A stretch of 64,000 nucleotides of DNA from Cyanobacteria bacterium P01_F01_bin.150 (GTDB taxonomy: Bacteria; Cyanobacteriota; Cyanobacteriia; CAKZMO01), in NCBI GenBank assembly GCA_039189765.1, contig JBCCYL010000001.1:125020-189019 (forward strand), written 5' to 3'. Shown here piece by piece: positions 8,705 to 20,201 of this stretch. The notes under the pieces are model-generated. The model was not told the DNA's origin and did not search any database. It saw only the letters and a list, made by a program, of their open reading frames with translations. Positions within the stretch are counted from its first letter, which is position 1. The number at the start of each line of letters is the position of its first letter. The translations under genes and the position numbers were made by a program.

Positions 8705-11700
8705 ATGCCAGTCGTTAGTTTAAGTACAAGTACCAATTTCAGCGGGTCAGAAAACGCCCTAATTGAAAATGAAGGTACAGAGCTAACTCTCACATTTAGC
8801 CTTGATGAGCCAGCGCCTGCTGGAGGGCTAAAGGTCTACGTTGACAGTGATGTTCCAGAAATCCTAAATCGCCTCAATCTAATTTTGTTGGCGTTTGACC
8901 CTTCCAGATTATCTAATCTGACTGCCAGTCAAGCAGCCTTTACAGATTTTTCTAACAGTGGATTCACCGCCACCATTAATGCGGGTGCCACTGAAGCTTC
9001 GGTCACTGTTCCGGTTTTCGATACAAATGAGTCGACCCCTGATCCCTTTTTCCCGGATACTTATGACGGATTAACGACAGCGACCTTTACGCTTAAGACG
9101 CGAGACCAGATCGACTCCGTTGACGAAACAAGTCCCAGAGGGAATACCGGAAACGATTTGGCGGCGATAGAGAACGATGGCGTTCCCGTAAGTGACTACA
9201 CCATTGGTACCGCGTCCAGCACCGTTCTATTTGTAGATGATGTCAGTCAGCTGCCTTCTGACCCCACACCCACACCCCCTCCCACACCCCCTCCCACACC
9301 CCCTTCGCCAGCGAACGGCTACGATGAAGCGACCAGTGGCGATATTTCTGATAATCCTTCTAATCCCATTGAGCTGGATCTTGCAGAAGGAACGACTCAA
9401 TTGTCTGCAACGACAGGCGGTGGTGATCAGGAATATGTAACCGTAACGGTTCCTGATGGCACTCAGCTTGATTCCATTACCGTGGACTCCTATTCCACTG
9501 GGGATGTGGCCTTTATCGGTGTTCAGGAAGGCAGCACCTTTACTGAGCCACTAGATAATAGTGCTGATGTGGGTGAGCTGCTTGGCTATGCCTTGTTTGA
9601 TAATGGCGACGAAGGGACTGACATTCTAGACAACATCGGTAGAGGTGATGGCGCAGAAGGGTTCACAGGTCCTTTGCCCAGCGGTACCTACACGTTTGCC
9701 CTTCAACAGTTGGGTGCCAGCAGCGACTACACTCTAGACTTTAATGTCTCTGAAGCGTCTGCTCCAACCCCCACTCCTCCTCCCACTCCAACCCCTACCC
9801 CTCCTCCTTCTGGTCCTCCGGTCGTCAGCTTTGAAGCTGTCCCGGCAACGATTTCTGAAGAAGCCCCCGCTGAGGATCGGCTGCTAAGGCTGGAGTTTTC
9901 TGTTGCTGGAGAAATTCCTGAAGGTGGTCTAGTAGTTCTCTTCGAAAACCTCTTTGGCATTACCGATCAGGCCGATAGCGAAGCTGAAGGAGCCGCCTTT
10001 GAAGGTTTAGGTCTAGCACCACCTTTTGACCAGGAAAATAATATTATCGGTATTCGCCTATTAGAAAACCAAGCTGCAATCCAGCTACCGATGATTAACG
10101 ACTTGGTTGAGGAGACAACCACGTTTGACTTCCGCTTGCTTGAGGGCGAGGGCTATGAGCTTGATCCGGACCAGAATGCAACGCTGTTCACCATCACTGA
10201 CGACAATGGTGGTCCCGGTGTTGGTCCGACCATCGGCTTATCGGTATCTGAAACCAACCTGGCAGAAGGTGATACCTTTACGGTCAACTTTGCAGTTGAT
10301 GGCACGATCCCAGCCGGGGGCATTGATGTCCTAGTAACAAGCGATGAAAGTGTTGCGGGTCCCCTTGGGCAGTTTGAATTGTCTAATCTTGAGACACTAC
10401 AGCTCTCTGGTGTTAGCAACCTGCGCCCCGGAGACGACCGTGGTCAAAGCTTTATTGCCACTATCACTGAGGCTAATGCATCAATTACCCTATCTGTCTT
10501 TGATGACATTATTGCAGAGGAACCGGTTGACATTCCATTTATTTTAGCCAACGGTGAGCTTTACGAAGTAGACCCCAACGCGGCTGACGTAACCCTAACC
10601 ATTTCTGATGAACCCCAACCCGTTGGTCCTACGGTTGGTATTTCCCTTGACAAGACCGACGCAGTTGAAGGGGATTCAGTCACTCTATCGTTCAATGTTG
10701 AAGGGGATATTCCTGACGGCGGCCTTACGGTTCTAGTTAACGACACCACTAGTGCTCGCACTGGTGCCAGAAGTCTAACTGAATTTGATATTGCCGGAGT
10801 TCAGCTCAGTGATGGCATTGATGGATTCCCCATTGCGGCTGAAGGCGACAGCGGTTTCTTCGTTACGTTAACTGCTGCAAATGCCAGCATCACTCTACCC
10901 GTAATTGATGACGGTGCAGATGAGGATGAGGCGCTAGAGATGTTCACCTTTGAGGTCATTGATGGTGAAGCCTATGAAGTCAGTGCTGATGCGGGTAGCG
11001 TAACGCTAAATATCAGCGATGCGGCACCTGTTGCCCCAACGGTCAGCCTGAGCACTGATGTGACTACGCTGATTGAATCCGAAGGGACGATTGTCACCTT
11101 TACCCTAGAAACATCCGGCACTCTTCCTGAGGTTGTCCTGGATGAGGATGGTGACTATGTCTCCGGTGGGTTACCTGTAACATTGCAGATTGATTCGGCT
11201 CAACTTGAGTGGTTCTTTGACTTTGACAACAACAGCCGTCCACGGACAAACGCTGAAACTGGTAGCTTCAATGAGGTTCTAGTCCTTGGCGATAACTCCA
11301 CAGGTATTGCTGGCGGTCGCTTGATTGGTACATTGCTGCCACCCGATTTCAACACGGTGGAGCTGACTCTCACAGAGAGCACTGCGTCCTTCCAGTTTGA
11401 AGTCTTTGACGACGTATTTGCTGAAGCGAATGAGGACATTACGTTCACCTTGTTGGGTGGTGATGGCTACGAAGTCGCAGCAGACGCCACTCCTGTAACC
11501 CTGACCCTACAGGATAGTCCTGATGGAACAATTGACGGCACGACTCCTGTTGTTAGCCTATCCGTCGATAGCACTACTGTTGCAGAGGGAGACGCTCTAA
11601 CGGTTACCTTTAACGTGACTGGCGATATTCCTGACGGCGGTCTTCTTGTCTTTGTTGACAGTAATGCCTCTGGAGTACTGGGTGAGTTTAATCCAGACGA

Positions 11701-14700
11701 AGTTGTATTCACAGGCTTGGCGGCACCTCCAGGACCGGATACAGACGCGGGGGGTTTTGCTGCATTGATCAGTGAGAGCACCGCAACAATTACCCTACCG
11801 GTCTTTAAGGATGGTTTGGGAGAAGGGGTAGAGACTTACACCTTCAACATTGTGGATGGTGAAGCCTACGATCCCGATCCGGCAGCTAGCGAAGTGACTC
11901 TTTCCATTGAAGAGACACCTCCAGTGATTTCCGTTGATTTAGTGGGCGGCGTATTTGACGGCAGTGATTTGCTGACGCCTAATCTGGTTGAGGCTCCCGA
12001 AGCAGGCACACCCGTTTTGAGCGTTGTGGTTCAGTCTGATGCGCCTATCCCTGAAGAAGGATTGGTTGTTGATATCAATACTGATCTTGCCGATATCACT
12101 GAATTTGTTGAAGGCTCTAACTTTGTCCCCACAGCCTTTGGTGGCGAAGTCCTCGGTGCTATTTATGATGCCGACGGCAATGCAACTGGCTTGACGGTCA
12201 GAATGGATGCGTTTAATACCGTTATTAACTTTGTCGGTGGCTTAGGCCTAGAGGGCGACGGCCCCCACGAGGTTAACTTCTCTGTGGAGCCAGGCGCAGG
12301 CTATACTCCGGCGGCTGATAGTGCTGGCATTACGGTCTATGACACGATTGACCAGGTTCCAGCGGTTACATCAGTTCCTGAAGTTGGCATCAATATTGCG
12401 GAGCAGCGTCGTCCCCTTTCCGAAGGTAGCGGTGCAATTACCGTGGACTTCACCGTTACCGGTGACATTCCTGATGAGGGCGTTATCGTTTATGTCAGCA
12501 CTGGAGAACGTGCTGGATTGGGCGATTTTGACTTGCTAAATGCAGGGGTTGTTGGCGGTACGTTCCCACCTCCCGATGGAAATGCAGGCGGCTTTTACTT
12601 CAAGATCACCGAGCCGACAGCTAGCATCACCTTGCAAGCGGCTGTGGATGATGAGATTGAAGGGATTGAAGACGTTAACATTGCGATTCAGCCTCTATCT
12701 GGCTACACCATTGCTGATGGTGCGGGTGAAGCAACTGCACTGCTTCGCGAGGGCCGAGGCTCTGAGATTCAGATCAGCCTGGACGGGTCTCCCGATGTTC
12801 TGGTTGAGGAAGAGGGCACGGTTGCAACCGTTGAGCTGAGCTTGAGTGCTCCCCCTCCTGCGGAAGGGATAGAGGTCACGATTGATGCGGCTGAAATGAT
12901 TGAGTTTGATCCTCAGACTCTAACCGTATCAGATGGTGTGATTCCGGTAAGCGCAAATGAAGACAACACTAGCTTCACTATTCTTGTCCAGCAGCAGGAC
13001 GTTAGCCTGAGCGTTGCGATCGCCAACGACGGTGAAGCAGAAGGTCTTGAAACCGCCACCTTTAGTTTGGCAGAGGGAGAGGATTATCAAATCGATCCCG
13101 AGGCTGGGTCCAGCACCTTTACCATTGTGGATACTGCCGCTGATATTCCGGCTGCGCCTATCACTGAGAGCACCCGTAGCTCCCGTGATTCCATTGGTGA
13201 CACCATTGCAGAGGCTGAATCCACTGGTTTAAGTGCTGACAACAGCCGCGTCACGGTTCAAGCCGCTATTAACGGTAACTTCTTTAATGGCGATCGGGTT
13301 CGCACCGATACCACTGAAGATGTGGATATGTATTCGGTGGAGCTATCTGCGGGTGATGTATTGCGTCTTGATATTGATGCTCAAATCAACAGTGATGAAT
13401 CTCCGGATACGGTGCTGCGGCTATTTGACGCCGATGGAAACCAGCTTGCTCAGAGCGATGATGATTTTGCTCCCGATGAGCTGTTTGCTCCTGGTCGTCG
13501 CGATTCCTACATCGAGTTTACGGCTGAAACTGCTGGAACTTACTATGTGGGCGTCAGCAGCTTTGGTAATGGTCTCTTTGACTTCTGGACTAACGACGAC
13601 GGCACGTTTGACAACGATTTCTACGATCCAAACGTAGCGGGTAGTGGTGCCGGTCGTAGCGACGGTCCATACACCCTAAATCTGTCCCTTAATGAAGCAC
13701 CTAATGCAGCAGAAACTGAGATTCCTGCCAGCACGGGTGAAGGGCCAACGGTTTCTCTCTCAGCCACAGCTGCCACCTATGACAGCAGCGACAATCTGAT
13801 TGCTAGCACTTTGGTTCAGTACACGCCGGAATTTAGAAACGCCTCTATTTTGACCCTGAGTCTTGATGTTGATGGTGAAATCCCTGAAGGCGGTGTTGAG
13901 ACCTACATAACCACTGACGTTGACCTTTCTACCCTCTTTAGTACTAGCCAACCCTTCAGCTCAGAGGGCGTAGAAGTGCTTGGGGCAGTGTACGACGATG
14001 CAGGTGCCCCCGTTGGCTTGAAGGTGAATCTCACCACGGCAAGTGGCTTTATTAACCTCAACCTCATTGATCCTGAGGAAGCACCCACCGATGGTGAAGG
14101 GACGATTACCGTTACCCTGGAGCCTGCAGCTGGCTATACCGTGGGTGAAGGGACCTTCTCTGCCACTATCTACGACACGCTAGACGATGTACCTGATTTG
14201 CCAACGGTACCCACGGTTAGTATCTCCGTTAGTGAGACAACGTTAATTGAGTCTGAGGGCAATACTACAACCCTTACTTTTGAACTCAATGAGGCACCTC
14301 CAGCGGGTGGATTGACGATCAACGTCGACAGCGGTGTGCGTGCAGCCTTGGGTGAGTTTGACGTGTTTAATGCTGAGATTGAGGGCGGTAATTTCCCCTC
14401 CCCCAACTTCCGCGCCAGCGGTTTCTTCTTCACCATGACGGAGCAAACCGCAACTATCACCCTAGCCGCCTTTGACGAAACCACTAATCCAGAAATCTCG
14501 GCTGAAAATGCACTAGAAGGAATTGATGAGTTTACGTTTACCGTGCAGCCAGGTGCTGGCTATGCCATTGCTCCCAATTCCAATGCGGTGACCGTAACCA
14601 TCGCGGATAATCCTGACTCGGTTGTCCTGCCTGATGACGATGGTAACGACGACGGTGGCTCTGATGCTGGCGGTTTGACTGAGAGCGAATTTAACGACAC

Positions 14701-17700
14701 CATTGCAGATGCGATGGACACTGGTCTTAGCTCGACGAGCCCAATCTTTAGAGTTAATGGTGAGATTGATAACAGTCGTCAGACTCGCAACTTTGTTGAT
14801 GCTACTGAGGACGTTGATATCTACGCCATCACTCTAGAGGCTGGCCAAGTGGTCATTCTAGACGTAGATGGCGGCGGTACTGGCGATGCGGGTGTAGAAG
14901 GGTCCTTGCTTGATAACATCCTGCGGGTGTTTGATGCAGATGGCAACGAAGTCGCTATCAATGAAAATGGTGGTGCACCAGATGAAGTCTTCCAAGCTAA
15001 CGGTGATGCTTATCTGGAGTTTGAAGCACCTGCGGCGGGTACCTACTATGTGGGAATTAGCAACCTAGGTAACAACTTCTACGACCCCAACGTTCAAGCT
15101 AGCGGCAGCGGCTGGGAGTTTGAAGATCGCTTTGAGCCTGGTCCTTACAGATTTACGGCAACTCTGAAAGGGGCTGTTGCTAATGATAACGACAGCGTTA
15201 GCGGCAACGATGACACCATCGCCAACGCTCAGACTCTAGACCTAACGGCAGACAACCCCAACATCTTGGTTGAAGCGGCGTTTGAACAGCGCTATTTGGA
15301 TCGTAGCAACACCGTGGATGCCACTGAAGATGTGGATATGTTTGCGGTCCAGCTACAAGCGGGTGATGTTATCACTGTCGATGCGGACTCTGTACTGGTT
15401 GACTTTGACGGCTTCCCCTCCGGCCCTGCTCCTGATATCACTATCTTTGACGCCAATGGCGACAGAGTGGTAATTGGTCAAGATGAGAATGGTGAAGATA
15501 TCGTTGCTTACTCCCGTATCGGTGGTGCTCCTGATGAGGCCTTTATTGCTGGACGCGATGGCTATATCGAGTTCACAGCCCCTGAAACCGGCACGTACTA
15601 CATCGGTGCATCCCAGTATCGTAACGATAGCTACGATGCAAACGTGGTAGGCAGTGGTTCCGGTGCGGTCTTTAGTCCTCGTTTCGGCGTTCTAGCGGGT
15701 GGTGAATACACTCTAAACATTCAGCTCAACCCCGAAGGGTTTACGGGTGACGTGTACGAAGCATTCGACGGTACCCCTGCGGATGATGCACCTACGGTAA
15801 GTTTCACGACGACTGGTGGAACCTTTGCCCGTGGTGATGTCCTTGTCTCTGACCAGATTATTGAGTCTGAGGATGCGGGTACGGCAATCCTTGACTTTAC
15901 CTTCAATGTGGATGGTGAAATCCCTGAAGGTGGTCTAGAGGTGTTCGTCACTAGCGACACTGACATGACTACCTACTTCGAGGGATTGTCTTCTAACCCA
16001 CGGGTGGCAGTCGGTGGGGAAATCACTGGTGGTCTGTACAACACGGCAGGCGAACTGATTGGCTTCAAGGCAGTATTAACGGCCAGCAATGCCCGGTTCC
16101 CCTACAATGCGGCCCATCGTGAAGATGATGACCCTACGGCACCAGAGACGCTGACCTTCTCCTTGGCAAGTGGTCCTGCTTACCAGGTAGATGACTCCTC
16201 TTCCTCTTCTGCGGTTACCTTCTACGACGACCTGACGCAAGTTCAGGCCAGTGGTGGCCCTGTCCCTGAAGTGGCGATCGCGGTCGATACCAACGAACTG
16301 ATTGAGTCCGAAGGCACAGAATTGACGCTGACGGTGAACGTCACAGGCGACATTCCTGCCGAAGGTTTGTTGATCGCCATGGACGGTCAAGTCCCTGGCA
16401 CAGAAGATTCAGCACGTGGCTTCCTGGGTGAGTTCGACGTATTCAACGCCGAAGTAACTGGTGGTCCATTCCCATCTCCCAACGGCAGCGCCAGCGGCTT
16501 CTTCTTCCGCGTCTTTGAGAACACTGCAACGATTAAGCTACAGGTATTTGATGAGACCACCAATGATCAGATTGCACCGGAAGATGCCCTGGAGGGTGTA
16601 GAGGACTTCACCTTCTCTGTATTGGCAAGCGATGCTTACACCATCGACGCAACCGCCAGTTCGGTAGACATCACCATCAAGGACAACCCTGATTCTGTGC
16701 CTTTGACAGATGATGGTGGCGATGGTGGCAACGGTGGTGACGGTGGTGCAACCGATGGTCCTATCACCGATAACGATGGTCGTAGCACTATTGATGACAC
16801 CATTGAGACCGCTAATCCGACTGGTTTGAGTCCAAATCAGACTGAGGTTAGTATTGAAGGCTCCATTGCTGTTCGCTGGCGGAATGCGGCGGAACAACGG
16901 GCTGACAACACTGAAGACGTGGATATGTACTCCTTCGACTTGGCTGCGGGTGAAACCGTATCCATCGATGCGATGTCTGTACCGTTTGAGCTAGATGGCA
17001 CCACCCAAGTGACGGCTCCTACGCTGCGAGTATTCAACGCTGCAGGTGAAGAGCTGGCCATCAGCGGTAGTGAAGTAGGTGGTCCTGTGGTAGCAGACCC
17101 CTCCCTTGAGTTCACTGCAACTGAAGCGGGTACCTACTATGTGGGTGTCTCCCAGTATCTGAACGATAACTATGATCCAGCTGTAAATGCCAGTGGTGAT
17201 GGTGTTCAGTTAGTGGATGAAGGCATTAGTCCTGGAGAATACACGCTCAATCTGTCATTGACCACTGATCAGCCAGCGGTTCCTGTTATCAGCATCAACA
17301 TTGAGCCAGACGTGCTGTCTGAGGAAGATGCCGATGATACGTTGGTTAGCGTCGGATTTAACGTTGATGGCGAGATTCCAGAGGGTGGCCTATCGGTGCT
17401 TGTTACCGGCAGCGTCAATATCCTTGACCAGGCAGATGGCGCACGGGACATCGTGTTTGATAATGCGGTTCTTGGTGAGTTCTTCGATCCTGCTACTGGT
17501 ACTTTTGAAGTCATTGTTTCCGATAACAGTGGAGCAATCATTCTGCCTATCTTGAACGACATTATTCAGGAAGCGGATGAGGATTATACCTTCACCATCA
17601 TTGAGAACGATGGGTCCATCGACTCCACCTATGCGGTCGATGCAGATGCTAGCACTGATACCTTCACATTGATTGATGGTAACGGTGGCCCTGGCGTTGG

Positions 17701-19315
17701 ACCTACGGTTGGTCTCTCACTCAGTGACACTGAGCTAACGGAAGGTGATGGATTTACCATCAACTTTGATGTGGATGGCGAGATTCCTGCTGAAGGATTG
17801 ACTATTCTGGTGGATAGCCCAACTGTCTTTGCCTTGAGCGAATTCAATATCTTTGATGCGGATGGTAATCCTGCCTTTGAGTCCACTGGTATTGCAGGTG
17901 TACCTCTTGTTGGCGATACCGGAGCGAGCAGCTTCTTGGTAACGTTGACGGAGCCAGATGCCAGTATTACCATCACGACCTTTGAAGATGGTCCAAACGA
18001 AGGACTAGAGGAATTCAGCTACAGCATCGTAGATGGAGAAGTTTACGAGGTATCTGCTGATGCGGGTGAAGTATCCTTCACGATTGATGATGGCGGAACG
18101 CCTGAGCCAGAGCCTCCGACGGATTCCATTGAAGTTGTAGTTACTGTCGAAAACTTATCTCCCAATGCAGGAACGTTTATAACCCCACTTTGGGTCGGCT
18201 TCCACAACGGTGAATTTGATATTTACAATCGCGGGGAAGCGGCTACTCCAGGGTTGGAAAGCCTAGCTGAAGACGGAAGTGCCGATCTTCTATCCGCAGA
18301 TTTCGTCAATAGTGGGTTTGGTGCAGTGGATGGCGTTATTATTGGCCCTGAGGGATTGGGTGGTCCAATCGACCCAGGTGAAGTGACGTCTGCAACCTTT
18401 ACCCTCGATCTAACTGCTGACAATAGCCAGTTCTTTAGCTATGCATCGATGATTCTGCCATCGAATGACGCCTTTATTGCCAATGGCGACCCGATGATTC
18501 ATAGCCTATTTGATGAAGAGGGTAACTTTGTTGGTGTAGATTTCATTGTTGCAGGCAGTGAGGTTCTCGATGCAGGGACCGAGGTCAATGACGAATTGGC
18601 TGAGACGACGGCATTCTTCTCTCAAGCGGCACCGAACACGGGTGCAGATGAAAATGGAGTTGTCGAACTCCATCCAGGCTTTATTGAAGGAGGTAGAATC
18701 CTAAGCGAAGATGGCAGCACGGAGGGGGCACCAGCGGCCTTTACCAATGCTGACTTTACCGCAGAGGGCTATCAGGTTGTTCGAATCACGGTAGAGGCAG
18801 TGACGTCTGAGCCTCCTGTGCCCCCTGCGCCTAGCACCAGCATCGACTTTGAGGATGATACTTTAGACGTTGGCGAAGTGGTCACCGACCAGTTTGACGG
18901 ATTAAGCGTGTCCGTTGCAGGCGATTTGGAGGCTATGATCTTTGACACGGCTAATCCAACTGGCGGAGATTACGACCTTCGCAGTGATGATTTAGGTAAG
19001 GTCTTGATCATCTCTGAGGATGGTGACTCCACTGACCCGGATGACAATATCAGGGGTGGTAAAGTGGAGTTTGATTGGAACAGCGGAGTCAGCCTTGATA
19101 GCATTGGCTTGCTTGATATGGAAGAGTCCGGTAGCACTATCACTCTGTTTGCTACTGATGACACGACAGTGTTGGCAACGATCGAGATTCCAACCCTCGG
19201 CGACAACAGCTACCAGAGCCTTGACCTTGGTGTTGATGGCGTGGGTAAGATGGACGTCTACTTGGCCGGTAGTGGCGCGATCACCGAAATCATTGTTAGC
19301 GATAGCAATGCGTAA
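8705..19315 (+). CDS. Giant (~3536 aa) acidic multidomain exoprotein/adhesin-like protein: shared N-terminal domain, many Calx-beta-like modules, 4 PPC-type domains, spondin-N-like domain, conserved family C-terminal domain
   Basis: The ORF is open from 8606, but ATG 8705 is preceded by AGGAG (8695-8699) and aligns with the paralog start MVQVNLATSTNFSG. The repeated module is TVGLSVSETNLAEGDTFTVNF.V.G.IP.GG..V.V.S....LGEF......ASITL.VFDD...E..E..TF.L..GE.YEV. PPC motifs read EDVDMYSVELSAGDVLRLDIDA...TYYVGVS. The tail ...AGSGAITEIIVSDSNA* is shared with 7 other genes. Confidence 0.85.
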   Translation: MPVVSLSTSTNFSGSENALIENEGTELTLTFSLDEPAPAGGLKVYVDSDVPEILNRLNLILLAFDPSRLSNLTASQAAFTDFSNSGFTATINAGATEASVTVPVFDTNESTPDPFFPDTYDGLTTATFTLKTRDQIDSVDETSPRGNTGNDLAAIENDGVPVSDYTIGTASSTVLFVDDVSQLPSDPTPTPPPTPPPTPPSPANGYDEATSGDISDNPSNPIELDLAEGTTQLSATTGGGDQEYVTVTVPDGTQLDSITVDSYSTGDVAFIGVQEGSTFTEPLDNSADVGELLGYALFDNGDEGTDILDNIGRGDGAEGFTGPLPSGTYTFALQQLGASSDYTLDFNVSEASAPTPTPPPTPTPTPPPSGPPVVSFEAVPATISEEAPAEDRLLRLEFSVAGEIPEGGLVVLFENLFGITDQADSEAEGAAFEGLGLAPPFDQENNIIGIRLLENQAAIQLPMINDLVEETTTFDFRLLEGEGYELDPDQNATLFTITDDNGGPGVGPTIGLSVSETNLAEGDTFTVNFAVDGTIPAGGIDVLVTSDESVAGPLGQFELSNLETLQLSGVSNLRPGDDRGQSFIATITEANASITLSVFDDIIAEEPVDIPFILANGELYEVDPNAADVTLTISDEPQPVGPTVGISLDKTDAVEGDSVTLSFNVEGDIPDGGLTVLVNDTTSARTGARSLTEFDIAGVQLSDGIDGFPIAAEGDSGFFVTLTAANASITLPVIDDGADEDEALEMFTFEVIDGEAYEVSADAGSVTLNISDAAPVAPTVSLSTDVTTLIESEGTIVTFTLETSGTLPEVVLDEDGDYVSGGLPVTLQIDSAQLEWFFDFDNNSRPRTNAETGSFNEVLVLGDNSTGIAGGRLIGTLLPPDFNTVELTLTESTASFQFEVFDDVFAEANEDITFTLLGGDGYEVAADATPVTLTLQDSPDGTIDGTTPVVSLSVDSTTVAEGDALTVTFNVTGDIPDGGLLVFVDSNASGVLGEFNPDEVVFTGLAAPPGPDTDAGGFAALISESTATITLPVFKDGLGEGVETYTFNIVDGEAYDPDPAASEVTLSIEETPPVISVDLVGGVFDGSDLLTPNLVEAPEAGTPVLSVVVQSDAPIPEEGLVVDINTDLADITEFVEGSNFVPTAFGGEVLGAIYDADGNATGLTVRMDAFNTVINFVGGLGLEGDGPHEVNFSVEPGAGYTPAADSAGITVYDTIDQVPAVTSVPEVGINIAEQRRPLSEGSGAITVDFTVTGDIPDEGVIVYVSTGERAGLGDFDLLNAGVVGGTFPPPDGNAGGFYFKITEPTASITLQAAVDDEIEGIEDVNIAIQPLSGYTIADGAGEATALLREGRGSEIQISLDGSPDVLVEEEGTVATVELSLSAPPPAEGIEVTIDAAEMIEFDPQTLTVSDGVIPVSANEDNTSFTILVQQQDVSLSVAIANDGEAEGLETATFSLAEGEDYQIDPEAGSSTFTIVDTAADIPAAPITESTRSSRDSIGDTIAEAESTGLSADNSRVTVQAAINGNFFNGDRVRTDTTEDVDMYSVELSAGDVLRLDIDAQINSDESPDTVLRLFDADGNQLAQSDDDFAPDELFAPGRRDSYIEFTAETAGTYYVGVSSFGNGLFDFWTNDDGTFDNDFYDPNVAGSGAGRSDGPYTLNLSLNEAPNAAETEIPASTGEGPTVSLSATAATYDSSDNLIASTLVQYTPEFRNASILTLSLDVDGEIPEGGVETYITTDVDLSTLFSTSQPFSSEGVEVLGAVYDDAGAPVGLKVNLTTASGFINLNLIDPEEAPTDGEGTITVTLEPAAGYTVGEGTFSATIYDTLDDVPDLPTVPTVSISVSETTLIESEGNTTTLTFELNEAPPAGGLTINVDSGVRAALGEFDVFNAEIEGGNFPSPNFRASGFFFTMTEQTATITLAAFDETTNPEISAENALEGIDEFTFTVQPGAGYAIAPNSNAVTVTIADNPDSVVLPDDDGNDDGGSDAGGLTESEFNDTIADAMDTGLSSTSPIFRVNGEIDNSRQTRNFVDATEDVDIYAITLEAGQVVILDVDGGGTGDAGVEGSLLDNILRVFDADGNEVAINENGGAPDEVFQANGDAYLEFEAPAAGTYYVGISNLGNNFYDPNVQASGSGWEFEDRFEPGPYRFTATLKGAVANDNDSVSGNDDTIANAQTLDLTADNPNILVEAAFEQRYLDRSNTVDATEDVDMFAVQLQAGDVITVDADSVLVDFDGFPSGPAPDITIFDANGDRVVIGQDENGEDIVAYSRIGGAPDEAFIAGRDGYIEFTAPETGTYYIGASQYRNDSYDANVVGSGSGAVFSPRFGVLAGGEYTLNIQLNPEGFTGDVYEAFDGTPADDAPTVSFTTTGGTFARGDVLVSDQIIESEDAGTAILDFTFNVDGEIPEGGLEVFVTSDTDMTTYFEGLSSNPRVAVGGEITGGLYNTAGELIGFKAVLTASNARFPYNAAHREDDDPTAPETLTFSLASGPAYQVDDSSSSSAVTFYDDLTQVQASGGPVPEVAIAVDTNELIESEGTELTLTVNVTGDIPAEGLLIAMDGQVPGTEDSARGFLGEFDVFNAEVTGGPFPSPNGSASGFFFRVFENTATIKLQVFDETTNDQIAPEDALEGVEDFTFSVLASDAYTIDATASSVDITIKDNPDSVPLTDDGGDGGNGGDGGATDGPITDNDGRSTIDDTIETANPTGLSPNQTEVSIEGSIAVRWRNAAEQRADNTEDVDMYSFDLAAGETVSIDAMSVPFELDGTTQVTAPTLRVFNAAGEELAISGSEVGGPVVADPSLEFTATEAGTYYVGVSQYLNDNYDPAVNASGDGVQLVDEGISPGEYTLNLSLTTDQPAVPVISINIEPDVLSEEDADDTLVSVGFNVDGEIPEGGLSVLVTGSVNILDQADGARDIVFDNAVLGEFFDPATGTFEVIVSDNSGAIILPILNDIIQEADEDYTFTIIENDGSIDSTYAVDADASTDTFTLIDGNGGPGVGPTVGLSLSDTELTEGDGFTINFDVDGEIPAEGLTILVDSPTVFALSEFNIFDADGNPAFESTGIAGVPLVGDTGASSFLVTLTEPDASITITTFEDGPNEGLEEFSYSIVDGEVYEVSADAGEVSFTIDDGGTPEPEPPTDSIEVVVTVENLSPNAGTFITPLWVGFHNGEFDIYNRGEAATPGLESLAEDGSADLLSADFVNSGFGAVDGVIIGPEGLGGPIDPGEVTSATFTLDLTADNSQFFSYASMILPSNDAFIANGDPMIHSLFDEEGNFVGVDFIVAGSEVLDAGTEVNDELAETTAFFSQAAPNTGADENGVVELHPGFIEGGRILSEDGSTEGAPAAFTNADFTAEGYQVVRITVEAVTSEPPVPPAPSTSIDFEDDTLDVGEVVTDQFDGLSVSVAGDLEAMIFDTANPTGGDYDLRSDDLGKVLIISEDGDSTDPDDNIRGGKVEFDWNSGVSLDSIGLLDMEESGSTITLFATDDTTVLATIEIPTLGDNSYQSLDLGVDGVGKMDVYLAGSGAITEIIVSDSNA

Positions 19316-19455
19316 TTGAGCTGCATTCCATTTCAGCTCACTGTGCTTTGCAGATGGAACAGACTTGACTGGGGTTATCTAAATGTCCTTTGCATTAAAT
19401 AGCCTGAGTCAGACTGAACAACCCTCTGCCTAGCATCGTAATAACCACATTAGCT

Positions 19456-19501
19456 GGGACGTTTTTGCAGGGGGTGCCCCTTGCAGAAACGTCCCTATTT
19501 T
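19456..19501 (+). terminator. Rho-independent terminator downstream of the giant gene at 8705
   Basis: GGGACGTTTTTGCAGGGG-GTGC-CCCTTGCAGAAACGTCCC forms an ~18-bp perfect inverted repeat, followed by TATTTT. Confidence 0.6.
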
Positions 19502-20201
19502 AATGATAGGTCTACGGCTATAACCCTTTCACTTGTGAAAAATTTGCACAAATGATACCAGTCGTCACACCCATAAGTATTGTTACGTAGGTTAAAATAG
19601 TATCCAAGAATTAGAAATCAGCTTTCTCAGTTGGAGCTCAGCAAACGCTAAGGTGGTTTCTAATATATATATGCAAAACTGTGGTACCGGCGATCGCTCC
19701 TTCCCTTTACAAATGGCCATTAGACCTGATACCTACAAATGGCTGGCGATCGCTCCCATACCCAAAGTCTTTTGTTCTTGGCAATTGTTTCAAGAGCAAG
19801 ACTCAGGCATGTACTCCTAAGATTTTTATTCTCTCTCAGTATTTTTACCAGCTTCATAGTCTCTTTAAATAAAAAGCATCATCTTGCCAATTCAGTGATG
19901 CTACTATATTCAGTGCAACACTATTGATAACGTTATTTCTCAGATAGATTTTGATATTCGTCAATCTCTTATAAACGTTCTCCTAGATCCCAGCCGAACC
20001 TAGTGGCTACCCCCCTGGCAGAATAAACTTTAGTCTGCCGGATTAATTGGCCGTAAAGCGATTGGCAAGTGGGAGACGAAAAGCTGCTAGTTTGTACTGC
20101 GCCAGCATGGGTTTATATGTATGGCGCTAGGCTGATTCGTCAAGCCGTATTGAAGTGGAAAAGTGTTTTTGCAATCTTGCATATTGGAGCAATAGCAGTA
20201 G

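Noticed and set aside
19316-20201. Looked for a transposase/IS or integrase in the large AT-rich spacers (19316-20201, 27621-28471, 38744-39840)
   Set aside because: None of these spacers contains an ORF of appreciable length with transposase motifs such as DDE or HTH. There are only short spurious ORFs, so no autonomous mobile element is called.
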